Assembly (NCBI GenBank): GCA_964016885.1
Contig: OZ024740.1
Location: forward strand, 320,788,001 to 320,852,000
DNA: 64,000 nt
From: Eledone cirrhosa
Taxonomy: Eukaryota
Direction: 5' to 3'
In this document: one piece after another, positions 1 through 11,065 of the stretch
Layout of the letters: the number at the start of each line of letters is the position of its first letter
Numbering within the stretch: position 1 is the stretch's first letter
The notes under the pieces: model-generated
What the model was told of the DNA's origin: nothing
The model's database searches: none
The model's input: the letters and a program-made list of their open reading frames with translations, nothing else
Program-made: the position numbers and the translations under genes

Positions 1-1793
1 ACGACCCCAAGGAATGCGCAGAGCTCATTGCTGAATGCTATGGAGGCATTTTCACTATTGAAGACCAGAGTGGACCATGTCCACCACCTATGACACCGGA
101 CTCTATTACAACCATGGAATTTACACCTGCAATGCTGCGACGTCACCTAAAAAATAAACGCAACCATGCCTCTCCTGGTCTTGATGGTGTTACGTACCTG
201 CTTCTTAAACGTGGTGGGTACTTCCTTCTGCACCACTCACGCTTCTTCCAATTCTGTCTGAACAACAGTGCTACTCCAGAACAGTGGAAAACTGCCAGTG
301 TCATTCCTCTGTTCAAAAAGGGTTACCGCACATCACCTGTGAACTATCGTCCAGTCAGTCTTACTAGTTGCATCGCCAAACTGATGGAATCCTGTGTCAG
401 AGAAACACTTTGGAACATCTGGAGCTATCACAGTCTTATCCGGCCCTCGCAATTTGGATTTATCCCCAACTCCAGCTGCTGTGATCAACTTATAGAGTTT
501 CTTGAGGACATCACCCGGATCACTAATGGCAGCTCATGGGTGGATGTTGTTTACCTTGACTTTGCGAAAGCCTTCAATTCTGTGCCACACAAAAGGCTTA
601 TAGGCAAAACTCTCTGCAATGGGTGTGAAGGATGATCTTTTTAACTGGTTGAAGTCCTTCATTCTCAGTCGAAGAGAGGTAGTCACGGTTCTGGGACAGC
701 ATTCCTCACCATATGAGGTGTCATCTGGTGTACCACAAGGATCTGTTCTTGGCCCCCTTTTGTTTGTGGCATATATTAATGACATAGATGCCAACTTAAA
801 GAATGCCACGGTACTAAAGTACGCAGACGACATCAAGCTGTACCTTGAGATAAAAAGGACAGATCCTGAACACTATAGATCTTTCCTACAATCAGACCTG
901 GACACAATGCAGCAATGGATCACAGACTGGCAACTGAAGCTGGCTGTGGACAAGTGTACCACCATGCATTTTGGGAGGAAAAAATCCAGCGTCCACATAC
1001 TCCCTCCACAACACTGATATCAAGAAGTCCTCTTGTGAACGTGACCTGGGCATTACTGTCAGCAGCGATTTGCGTTGGACAAAGTATGTCTCTAAGATTG
1101 TCAAGAAGGCCGAGGGTGTCTTGGCATCACTCAGCAAGACCTTTGTTAGCCGCTCTCCAGCCATCTATTTAAAGCTGAATACAGCTATGGTACGACCACA
1201 CTTGGAATTCGCATCATCAGTCTGGAACCCCTATCTTGCTCAGAACATTGACCTCCTGGAAACTGTTCAGAGACGTGGAACCAAGTGCGTACCCTCCATC
1301 AGACACCTACCATACTCTGAACGCCTTGCTTCCCTGGGCATGGATTCATTGAAGCTCTGACGTCTAGCAATGGACTTGGTAAACACCCACAAAGTTATTA
1401 ACCATCTCACCAACAACAACCCTGAGCACCTTTTTGATCTCCATGTGTCTAACACACGTGGACATGCCTACAAAATCAGAAAACAGCACAGCTTCCATGA
1501 CTTTCGGAAACATTTTTTCACGCTCAGAGTTGCTGAAGCATGGAACAAACTGCCTGCGTCAGTTGTTAGCTGCTGTGACACTGCATCCTTTAAAACCCTC
1601 ATGCTTCCCGAAATTCGCCAAAACTACACCTGATGTACCCCTTCCATACACATGCACACATGTGTATATCATGACTCATGCACTGTTCATTTTCCTGACG
1701 TTTGTACATTACCCTATGTACTATACATACACTTTTTGATGAGTTGTATGCACCTGAGCACTGTACACAATATTATTTCATTATTATTATTAT
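1..1793 (+). mobile_element. CR1/L2-group LINE, 3' part (frameshifted reverse transcriptase ORF2 plus 3' UTR)
   Basis: ORF pieces 90-635, 619-1017, 971-1360 and 1370-1633 carry RT motifs (SPGLDG, NYRPVSLTS, QFGF, YLDFAKAF, GVPQGSVLGPLLF, YADD) and a CR1-type C-terminus (TRGHAYK...FFTLRVAEAWNKLP). Ends in a (TTA)n tail. Confidence 0.9.
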
Positions 1794-2100
1794 ATACAGG
1801 TTGTTATAAATATAACACTTTCATTTTTTTTATATTTAGGTCTGCATTTAATTTTCTAAGATTTACACTAGCATAATCAATATTTGTGTATTTAAGCTAC
1901 TGATATCTGGTTATGAATAGTTAATATTAGGATTTATAAAAGATGCTTTTCTGCATGTATGCAATAAAGACTGAGTATTTTTATTACTTCAGATAATTCC
2001 AGTTGTATTAATATTTGCACTTGCTTTATCAATATATTCTTCCCTTTATATTCTCCAATGTGCATTTTATCGTTATCCTACCCTTGTATGTATGTATGGT

Positions 2101-2300
2101 CCTGTAACTCCTGGTAGAGTCATAGGGGCGCCATATTGACATACAGCTTTTCTTGGGTATTTTAAGCCTGGCGGAGCCTATCCCTTTCCAGGCCTGAGTA
2201 CAGCAGATTTCTTCCAGAGAAAGTTAGAAAGTGAGAGAAAGTAAATGAGAAAGAGATATAGAGGAAGAATTGACCCCAGTGGTACTGGTACTTTTACACC
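2101..2300 (-). mobile_element. SINE family A variant, 3' part (inverted partner of 3045-3356)
   Basis: 2101-2220 is the diverged reverse complement of 3235-3356, followed by a GA-rich tract and a SINE core fragment. Confidence 0.55.
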
Positions 2301-2684
2301 GCTATAAATCCTATTTTATAAGATTTTTAAAATATAAGAATAAATATTTATTTACTTATTCTTGAATCAGTATTTATTTATTCTTGAGTCAGTATTTAAT
2401 TTTTATGATTAGAAATATCCCCCAACAGGTAATCAACTGTATTAATTTCAAGAATTAGTAAATGGTTGTGATATCATGGATGGCATAAGTTAAATAGCGA
2501 TAACCAGGAGCTGTATTTCACTAAGAGCTTACCTCATACTTTGCATCACTAATTATATTCTAATTATCTAATTTCTTCTTGGCTTAGTTCAATTTAAACA
2601 AAGTAATCTTAGTTTGGATAGTTATCTCAGATTTAACAATTTATTGCAGCCCCAGGAACCTACATTTTGTGTGGCAAGAAGACA

Positions 2685-2780
2685 TTTGTACATTATTCTA
2701 TGTAATATACATGCACCTTTGATGAGTTGTAGTGTGCCTGAGCACTGTACACAATAATTTTCATTATTATTATTATATTA
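2685..2780 (+). mobile_element. CR1 3' terminal fragment
   Basis: Matches 1700-1793 (ttttgatgagttgtagtg..ctgagcactgtacacaataatttcattatta). Confidence 0.75.
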
Positions 2781-2781
2781 T

Positions 2782-2975
2782 AGGGCGGTGAATTGGCAGT
2801 ATCGGTAGAGGGTTGGATGCCATGTTTTCTAGCATAGTTACGTCCCTTTACAGTCTGAGTTCAAATCCCGCCGAGGTTAACTTTGCCTTTCATCCTTACG
2901 GGGTCGATAAAATAAAGTACCAGTAATGTACTGGGTAATTGCTGGCCTTGTGCCTAAAGTAGAAACAATTATTAT
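2782..2975 (+). mobile_element. tRNA-derived SINE family A, full length
   Basis: A-box-like TGGCAGTATCGG, B box GAGTTCAAATCC, core ctttgcctttcatccttacggggtcgataaaataaagtaccag (resembles the Meta-SINE domain), and tail gtagaaacaa(tta)n. More than 15 copies in the window. Confidence 0.85.
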
Positions 2976-3044
2976 TATATTATATAACCGCATCCATTAC
3001 ATTTTCATGCTACACTCATTTTTTCCTATGTAATAATTCTTCAA

Positions 3045-3356
3045 GGTGGGGAATTGGTAGAGTTTTTAGAACATTGGATAGAATGCTTTGCGGTCTTCAT
3101 TTTAGTTCTCTGCTCTCTGAGTTCAAATCCCGCCAAGGGCAACTTTGCTTTTCATCCATTTGAGGTAGGAAAAAAAGTATCAATCTAGTATTTGTGTTGA
3201 TTCTTCCTTATATCTTTCTCACTCTCTCTATCCATCTCTGGAAGAATTCTGCTGTATTCAGACCTTGAGAGGAGATGGGTTCCACCAGGTTTTAAAATGT
3301 CCTAGAAATGCTGTATGTCAATGTGGCACCCTATGACTCCCTCAGGAGTTACAGGT
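3045..3356 (+). mobile_element. SINE family A variant with alternative 3' tail
   Basis: A/B boxes and core as at 2782, then a CT-rich tract and a 120-bp tail shared with 2101-2220. Confidence 0.6.
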
Positions 3357-3834
3357 CTTTAATCTTTGACTAATTCTTCATTTGTCTTCTATGTTCATAC
3401 TGTACATTCTGAAATGATAATGGTTGGATTAGATATTCTATAGCGTCTAATTTCTGCTTAAAAGTTCTCTGTTTAATTCACAGTTTGGTTGATTTTGTCA
3501 CTCTTTTGGGATCGATAAATAGATACAAGTAATGTACTGGAATCCTTTATAAATATTGACTTTGTATCTAAGAAAGAGAAGATTATACATTCATCAAGAA
3601 TGAAGAATTTTCACTGCTGATGTTTGAAAAGAAAAGTGTTAGGTTCATTGTTGTGTGTAGATTTGCCATCTCCTTGTCTATTCTATAAATCCATAGTCAG
3701 TCATATTCATTCTTTCTGTTTCCCCTCTTTTTTATATGTGTGTGTAGGGGGGGGGGGGGTGCAGCTGTGGTGGAAAACACAATACAAGGCTGTAGAGGTC
3801 AAATGAGGCTGCTATATAATTCTGAAAGGATCAT

Positions 3835-4260
3835 TATCATCATCATCATCATCATCATCATAATCATCATTTTAATGTCCACCTTCCCTGCTAGTCAGTA
3901 CTGAAGTGGATCTATTGATCTCCCAGCCAGTCCAAGGATCTATGTCTTGCTTATGTAAGGTCAATACTCCACCGCGTGCACAGGAGAGGTTGTCATGTCT
4001 TTGACAAAACTGAGGGTCTTCCCAACCCTTTGTTTGGCAAGATTTCTATGACCAGAAGCCTTTCTTATCACCAACCACTTTACAGCTTGTATTGGTTGTG
4101 TTTATCATGTAAATCATCAACACTAAAGGTTGTCATGTCCTTGACATGACTGAGGAGTCCTCCCAATCCTTTGTTTGACAGGCTTTCTGCAGCTGGATGC
4201 CCTTCCTAACACCAACCACTTTACAGTGTGTACTGAGTGTGTTTATCATGTAGACCACCG
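3835..4260 (-). mobile_element. SINE family B-related copy with internal duplication and (GAT)n tail
   Basis: (CAT)n at 3835-3870; cagctggatgcccttcctaacaccaaccactttacagtg motif; a ~140-bp segment present twice. Confidence 0.6.
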
Positions 4261-4665
4261 ATGAAATCTTTTACTTCTGAAATATTTAAAAAAAAAAAAA
4301 TGTTTAGGGATATGTTATACAGTAAGCCATAGGCATTAAAGTCTACAGCACAACATTTACTACAAACAAAACATTTGGGATTTTTCCTTAAGATGTTAGT
4401 TTTTAAAAGAATTGTTGAAAATTATTTTTATTTAAATATTTTGAAAAGGTCATGAAGGATTGGTTTGCCAAAAATGGGTCACAGTAATAAAAAAATTTAA
4501 AAACCACTAATGTAGATCATTATAGCAGACTTTATATTGATTAAATAAAATTTCCATTTTTTTAATATATTGTATATAAAATTACCAAAACATAATGACA
4601 GAAAAACTGATATACATATTAAAGTGCACATTGTGCATATTAAAGTGCGCATAGTTAAACACTGT

Positions 4666-5808
4666 GACGGCTTCAATAGAGTCCATGGAGGCCATGGGGT
4701 TGGCACAAGAAATGAAGAAGGATTCAGACTTCTAGAATTCTGCGACGTCAATGACATGTCGATATGTAACACAGACTTCAAAAAACCTGACAACTACCTG
4801 ATCACCTATAGATCAGGGGAGCATTCTAGTCAGATAGATTTTATCCTCATCAGAGGACGTGACAGATGGACGGTCGTAAACACAAAAGCCTTCCCTAGTG
4901 AGGAATGTACCTCCCAACATAGCTTAGTTGTCAGCGACCTCACGGTCAGAACTAGACGAACCTGGAAACAGAGGCCAACCTGGAGAAGAAAGATCTGGAA
5001 GCTGAAAGATCCCTCAGCCAGTAACAGATTTAAAGATATTTTACTCAACACCTACAACAGTAAAGAAGAACAGATAGAGACATTCAATGTAGAACAGCAC
5101 TGGGAGTTCCTAAAAAATAACATACTAGAGACGACGGATGTGTGGCTGGAGTAAGACCACAAGCAGGAGGAGAGTGACTTGGTGGTGGAACAATAAGGTA
5201 GCTGAGGCAGTTAAGGCCAAGAGACAGGCATGAAAAGAATGGAAGAACGGGGAAGCAGGGTACATTACAGAGTTAGACGAGTGTAATACAGAGTTCCACG
5301 TGCTATAATCTGGTGGGCTCTTAGAAAATTAGGAGTAGATGAATGGCTTGTGAAAGCTGTACATGCCATGTATAGGGGAGCAGTCAGCAAAGTCAGGATT
5401 AGCAATGAGTATAGCGAGGAATTTAGCGTAAAGGTTGGTGTCCACCAGGGCTCTGTTCTTAGCCTTCTCCTGTTCATCATAGTCCTGCAGGCAATAACAA
5501 GGAGTTTAAGACCGGATGCCCATGGGAACTCTTGTATGCAGATGACCTCGCACTTAAAGCTGAATCTATGGTAGAACTAGAGAAAAAATTCCAAACTTGG
5601 AAGCAGGGACTAGAAAGAAAGGGTCTCAAAGTCAACATGACAAAGACTAAGGTCCTTGTAAGTAGACGAGAAAACAGAACCCAGATCCCCTCAGGGAAAT
5701 GGCCTTGCTCAGTATGTAGGAAAGGTGTATGTAGGAACTCCATTCTCTGCCCCAAATGCAAACAATGGGTACACAAGAGATGTAGCGGGATCTCAGGAAG
5801 CTTAATTA
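4666..5808 (+). mobile_element. RTE-clade LINE fragment (endonuclease C-terminus, internally deleted RT, Cys-rich motif)
   Basis: G.GTRNEEGFRLLEFC, ITYRSG..SQIDFIL, SQHSLVV (APE domain); VGVHQGSVLS.LLF and YADD; KWPCSVCRKGV..NSILC..CKQWVHKRCSG. Confidence 0.88.
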
Positions 5809-5809
5809 A

Positions 5810-6116
5810 GCTGAAGCATATAGACAATATGCCCCCACACCCTCCCACTGCAAAGTGGTCGTGGAGGTGCCACGGCAAAAAAAAGTACCCAGCCCACACT
5901 GTAAAGTGGATGTGTCGGCGCCACAGAAAAAAGCACCCAGCACTCACTGTAAATGAGGTTGGTGTTAGGAAGGGCATCCAGCTGTAGAAATCAAGCCAAA
6001 ATCAGTTCCTGTATGAGCAAGGCATGGTCAGCTGACCAGACACTGCCCACAACAGGACAACCCGTCTAACCCATGCCAGCATGGAAGAACGGACGTAAAA
6101 CAGTGATGATGATGAC
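5810..6116 (+). mobile_element. SINE family B (RTE-type tail), 5'-truncated
   Basis: Closely matches 59410-59716; ttaggaagggcatccagctgtagaaa motif; (GAT)n tail. Confidence 0.85.
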
Positions 6117-6435
6117 ATTGCCCACCCCTCTTTTTTTTCTTCTTTTTTATCTCTCTTTATCTCATTATAAATATGTCAACAACATTATATTTATAACGTT
6201 ATTTACGCATTTGTAATGTTATTTTTGAATATATTTAAAATATATTTGTAATGTTATTTATACAACTGTGAATAAAAAAGAAAGAAAGCATTCATATTCT
6301 ATCTAATATTAATTACATAGAAAATAGATAATGTGATAATTTATATAAAATAAATAAAGAGTATTGAATATATTCTTCATCTTTAGAAGTCTCTCGTATG
6401 GACTGGTGTTTTTTTTCTCCTTGACTAAATTCAAA

Positions 6436-6889
6436 GGTCTGTTGAAATTACTCTTCATATTGTGTCTGTCTTCCTACTAAAAAATATAAGAAATAAATTA
6501 TGTAAACTAGACCTCACTGAAATACTTTTTCTGACAATAATTTTACATGACATTAACTGCATTAATTTCAATATCCCACATTTTTTCCTCTTTTTTTATA
6601 ATTTCCAACAATTTAAGTGGTTGCTTGGGTCCTACTATATTACTGGTTACTTGCTGCTGCCTTGTTAGGAGTGACTTCCAATTTTTTTTAAATGTTTATC
6701 TAGAGAGGAAGATGTATGATGGGATATTGAAATTAATGCAGTTAATGTCATGTAATAAAGGTTTAGAGGCTTTACTGTAAAATTATTGTCAGGAAAAGTA
6801 TTTCAATGAGATCTAGTTTACATAATTTATTTCTTATATTTTTTTAGTAGGAAGGCAGACGCAATATGAATAGCAATTTCAAGAGACTG
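6436..6889. mobile_element. Foldback/MITE with ~145-bp inverted arms (Tc1/mariner-like end)
   Basis: 6437-6579 is the reverse complement of 6720-6888 apart from a ~25-bp indel; the right end reads CAGTCTCTTGAAATTG on the minus strand. Confidence 0.75.
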
Positions 6890-7809
6890 TGACATTTGCA
6901 GAGCAAAAGTTATTATAGTGATTTTAGAAAAGACAAAATATCATAGCTCCTTGGAAAACCATTTGAGTGACAATCAACCTATTTCTGAAATAACTGTCAA
7001 TCATTCTACAAACAATGAAATAAATAGGAGCCCATTTGTTATTATTCATTATTTGACCTTCACTGGATGATGGATAAACAGTAGATTGATGACCACCCCA
7101 AATTTTGCTATGAGGAAGATAAGAAGGTATTTTTAATTAAATAGAAAAGTAGAATAATCAAAATGAATTTACAAAGTTTTTTTCATGTGTAAAGAAATTG
7201 TGTTGTGTGAACCTACAACATATTTTCATATCATATTTATATTCATCAATATTCACTATTTCTGGTGCAAATTTATCAAACACAGCATGAAATCACTTCT
7301 CTCCTATAAAAAAAGTGATGCAGACATAGGTCTCTTTCTTAGTTCTCGCTCCACCACAATGAGAGTCAGCTGAAGACTGCAAACTGTCTCTGACCATTTT
7401 TGCCAGAGAGACAACCTGTCTGTCACTGCTCTATTCTCTTACTCTCTTACATTCTCAGTATCACATCTTTACTCTGTCTCTCTCTTTCATTTTAACAAGA
7501 TTTTCAATATACACCGCAGTTCAATACAGAATGTGGGGCCAGATATTATTAAACTGTGGGGTAAAGTAGAATTGCTAGAGTTTGAGTTGAAGAGAGTCCC
7601 ATTTCACATGTAATGCTGCAATCAGAGAGGAAACCTCTGATATAAGACATGAAAGCTGGATGTTGACCATAAGTAGACAACTTAGATGAGAGATTCTCAT
7701 ACATGATGCAAAAACATTGCTTTCATTGAAGTTTTTAAGGGTGAACTTACTGATGATTTCAATTGTGGACTGAATTACTATTTCTGTTTGAGATAATACA
7801 TTTTCAGGG

Positions 7810-8310
7810 ATATTGTTATACTTTAGGAGGGTCATGTTGCCAATAAAAACACATGTACCAGTTGAGTTTCACTTCAGTTTGATTAATGGTTAGATAACTA
7901 ATCCTTTTCTCAGTTTAATAACCAGATTATTGTTTAACCCTTTAGCATTTACATTATTCTATATTTATTATTGTATTTTCACATAAAAAGCTTTATCTCA
8001 TATAATATCAAATCTAGGAAACTTTGATATATATTTTGAGAACAATATGTTAACGTCGGTATGAGCGGCCAGTTACGACCAGTTGGAACAGAAAGAGGTA
8101 AGAGAATTCTAGCTGGATACAACCAGTTTAAATGCTAAAGGGTTAATGTGTGACGAAAAAACTTTGACAATTAAATGACCATCTAATTGCTAAACTAAAT
8201 GAGGAATGGATTATTTACCTAACTAATAATAAAACTGAAGTGAAACTCAACCAGGTCTTGTGTTTTTTATTGGCAACATGAGCTTTCTCATGTATAATAG
8301 CATGTTTCAA
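7810..8310. mobile_element. Old foldback element interrupted centrally by a piggyBac-type MITE
   Basis: catgttgccaataaaaacaca...gttgagtttcacttcagttt (7833-7905) is inverted at 8205-8281; a related arm occurs at 17070-17165. Confidence 0.7.
7938..8142. mobile_element. piggyBac-type MITE
   Basis: TTAA target duplication at both ends; TIR CCCTTTAGCATTTA; further copies at 14438, 22234 and 56519. Confidence 0.88.
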
Positions 8311-8433
8311 CACACGATTTCATATCAAGAATCTTGCAAAACGAAATATTTTCATGGTGTTTTCTATTTAATGATTTATTGAATATTTGTTGCTTTCTGT
8401 TTATAAAGTTATTCTTCTTCTTTATTTCAGGCC

Positions 8434-8579
8434 ATGGCTGTACAGAATTCTAAGCCTAAATTGAGATACACAGAGAATTGGAACCAATTACTCACTCCAG
8501 CACAATGTTCTTTCTATGAAAAAAATGGTTTTCTTGTTATAAGGAATCTGGTATCTAAAGAAAACCTTTTACGATATCA
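8434..8579 (+). CDS. PHYH: PHYH coding exon 1
   Basis: Acceptor tttatttcag (exon starts 8431), gccATGg, [40 protein letters not shown], donor gtaagt. Confidence 0.9.
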
Positions 8580-9258
8580 GTAAGTAGCTGCTTCATTTAT
8601 TACTATCAACTAGTACTAATTTTAGACTGAGTGAGAGCTTAAAAATATTAAGGACAGTAAAAATAAACAAGGTCAGTGGGGATTTACATAAAATGTGTAA
8701 ACAGAAAAAAAAGAAAACAGGTAATAAAGTAACAATAAATTAATAACAACAGAATTCTGCAATAGTGGGCATCACCAACCAGGGATAATTAAGGAAGCCC
8801 ACAGATCTGAGATCACTGCAAATTACCAAGGCCTGACAACATTCCAAATGTCCGCTCCCAGTCCATCTTTGCTCAACGGAAAACTGCAGCTCGGTGAAAG
8901 AGACAATCTGCAGAAAGATGCACTTGATAAAGGGCATCCACACGTGTTCACCATCTACGAACATTTGCAAATGCCACAGCCTCAGCACATGTCTGTGCAT
9001 CAATAACCACTGCATGTTGATTTGACCATGCAAAGTGTGTTGGCAACAGATTAATTGCCTGACCAACATATCTTTCTGGCATCACAACAGGATGGTAATA
9101 CATGGCCAGCAACATATCCCCATGATTGCATAACTGTACTTAAGGATTGTATGAGCATCTGATGAAATCACATGCATAACCATGTCACAGAAATATATAT
9201 CATGCAATAAAGCAATTATGGTGAAGTAAACTCATCTTAACAACTTTTAATTTATATA

Positions 9259-9304
<46 letters not shown>

Positions 9305-9645
9305 TATGTATTTCCGTAGAATAGGTAAAGGAAAGAAGAGTGTTCTATGTGTAGTACAGAGCTATTTAATTACATAATAAATAACACAATATAATTATTC
9401 CATCACCAAAGGTTTCAGGAAACCAGACAATCCTAACAGAAACGTCCAGTACGCTCATCTGATGAAATATTTATGTTATGGATATAAGATTTGAAATTAA
9501 AATCTATTAAAAATGAAAGTGAGGCTGTATTAAAATAACGGAAAAAATACATGTATACACAGATTCAGATATACATACATGCACATATACATAAAAATAA
9601 AAATATACATACATACACACATATATACATATATACTTATGTATT

Positions 9646-9721
<76 letters not shown>

Positions 9722-11033
9722 GATGATGATGATGATAGATATATATATACATATATATACATTCATATATATATACATACATATATATATACATACAAAC
9801 ACACATACATAACATATATACACATACATATACACACACACACATACATATAGACATGCGCACAAATATGTATAACACACTCACACATATATACACACAT
9901 AAAATATGTAGGTTCACATATATACATACACATAAAATAATAACATGTAAAAAAATATATATATGGTAAAATGCATTTGGCATTAGGAAGGGCTTCCAGC
10001 TGTAAAAACCAAGCCAGAAACGGTTCTTTGTGAGCAAGGCATGATCATCTGACCTGACTTGTTTCGCAACAGGACAACTCATCTAACCCATGCTAGCATG
10101 GAAAATGGGTATTAAATGATGATGATGACAATGATATGACAACAACAACGGGATATATCAGATTTTGCACAGTTTCTGTTCACCATATTTCAACTACAAG
10201 ACATTGATCAGTCTGAAACTATAGTAGTTGACACTTAGCCAAACTTCTTTATCACTTAGCCATACCTATGCCTAACAAATTTATCAAAATATAGTTTTCC
10301 TTTATATTTTTTCTCCCTTTTTTTATTTAATTATAATTAATATTATTGCTATTCTTCTCCAGAGAAAGATTCAGGCTGATGTGTATTGGAGAAGTTCCTA
10401 CATATGGCATGGATGTTATGAAAGATATTGCTGCAGACAGACCAGAATATGTTCCTGGGGAGAAAGCTATTGCTAAATTACAGGCTTTTCAAGACGATGA
10501 AGTTTTATTTGAATATTGCTGCGTGCCAGAGGTAATGTTTAATGGATTACATTACATTGTACAGATAATATAAAACAGTGAAATATAATTTATCGATGCC
10601 ATCATCTTCCTTGCCATCCTGCTACTCAAACTTCTTTTCCCCTCTCTCCTCTTCCTTGTCCTCCAGCTCTTCCTCCTCTTTGTCCTCCTGATCTTCCTTC
10701 TCCTTCTCCTCCTCTCACTCCCCTCCTCCTTGTTCTCCTCCTCTATCTGCTTTCCATGCTTTCATGGGTTGGGTGCCATCACAGTCCAGTTCAATTCATA
10801 TTCAGAGTTACTTCCTTCCTAGATGGGTCAGAAACAATGCTTTGCTCATACATTCTATATCTGACATGGATTCTATGGCTGGATACCCTTCCTAACACCA
10901 ACCACTTCACATAACATATACTGGTGATGTGCTACATATTCTCAAAAGCTAGGTAAACTGAAGCAATGTAGAATATAATCTTCTGCATAGGAACACAATG
11001 AGGTACTTACATCATCAACATCATCATCATAAT

Positions 11034-11065
<32 letters not shown>

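Noticed and set aside
2782-2880. tRNA gene candidates from A/B boxes
   Set aside because: No cloverleaf; the boxes are heads of multi-copy SINEs.
7551-7570. GG|GTAAAG donor linking the PTS2-like frame to exon 8431
   Set aside because: It is phase 1, whereas the 8431 exon needs phase 0.
9530-10082. Several ORFs rich in Y/I/C/V
   Set aside because: Translations of (TA)n/(TG)n microsatellites.
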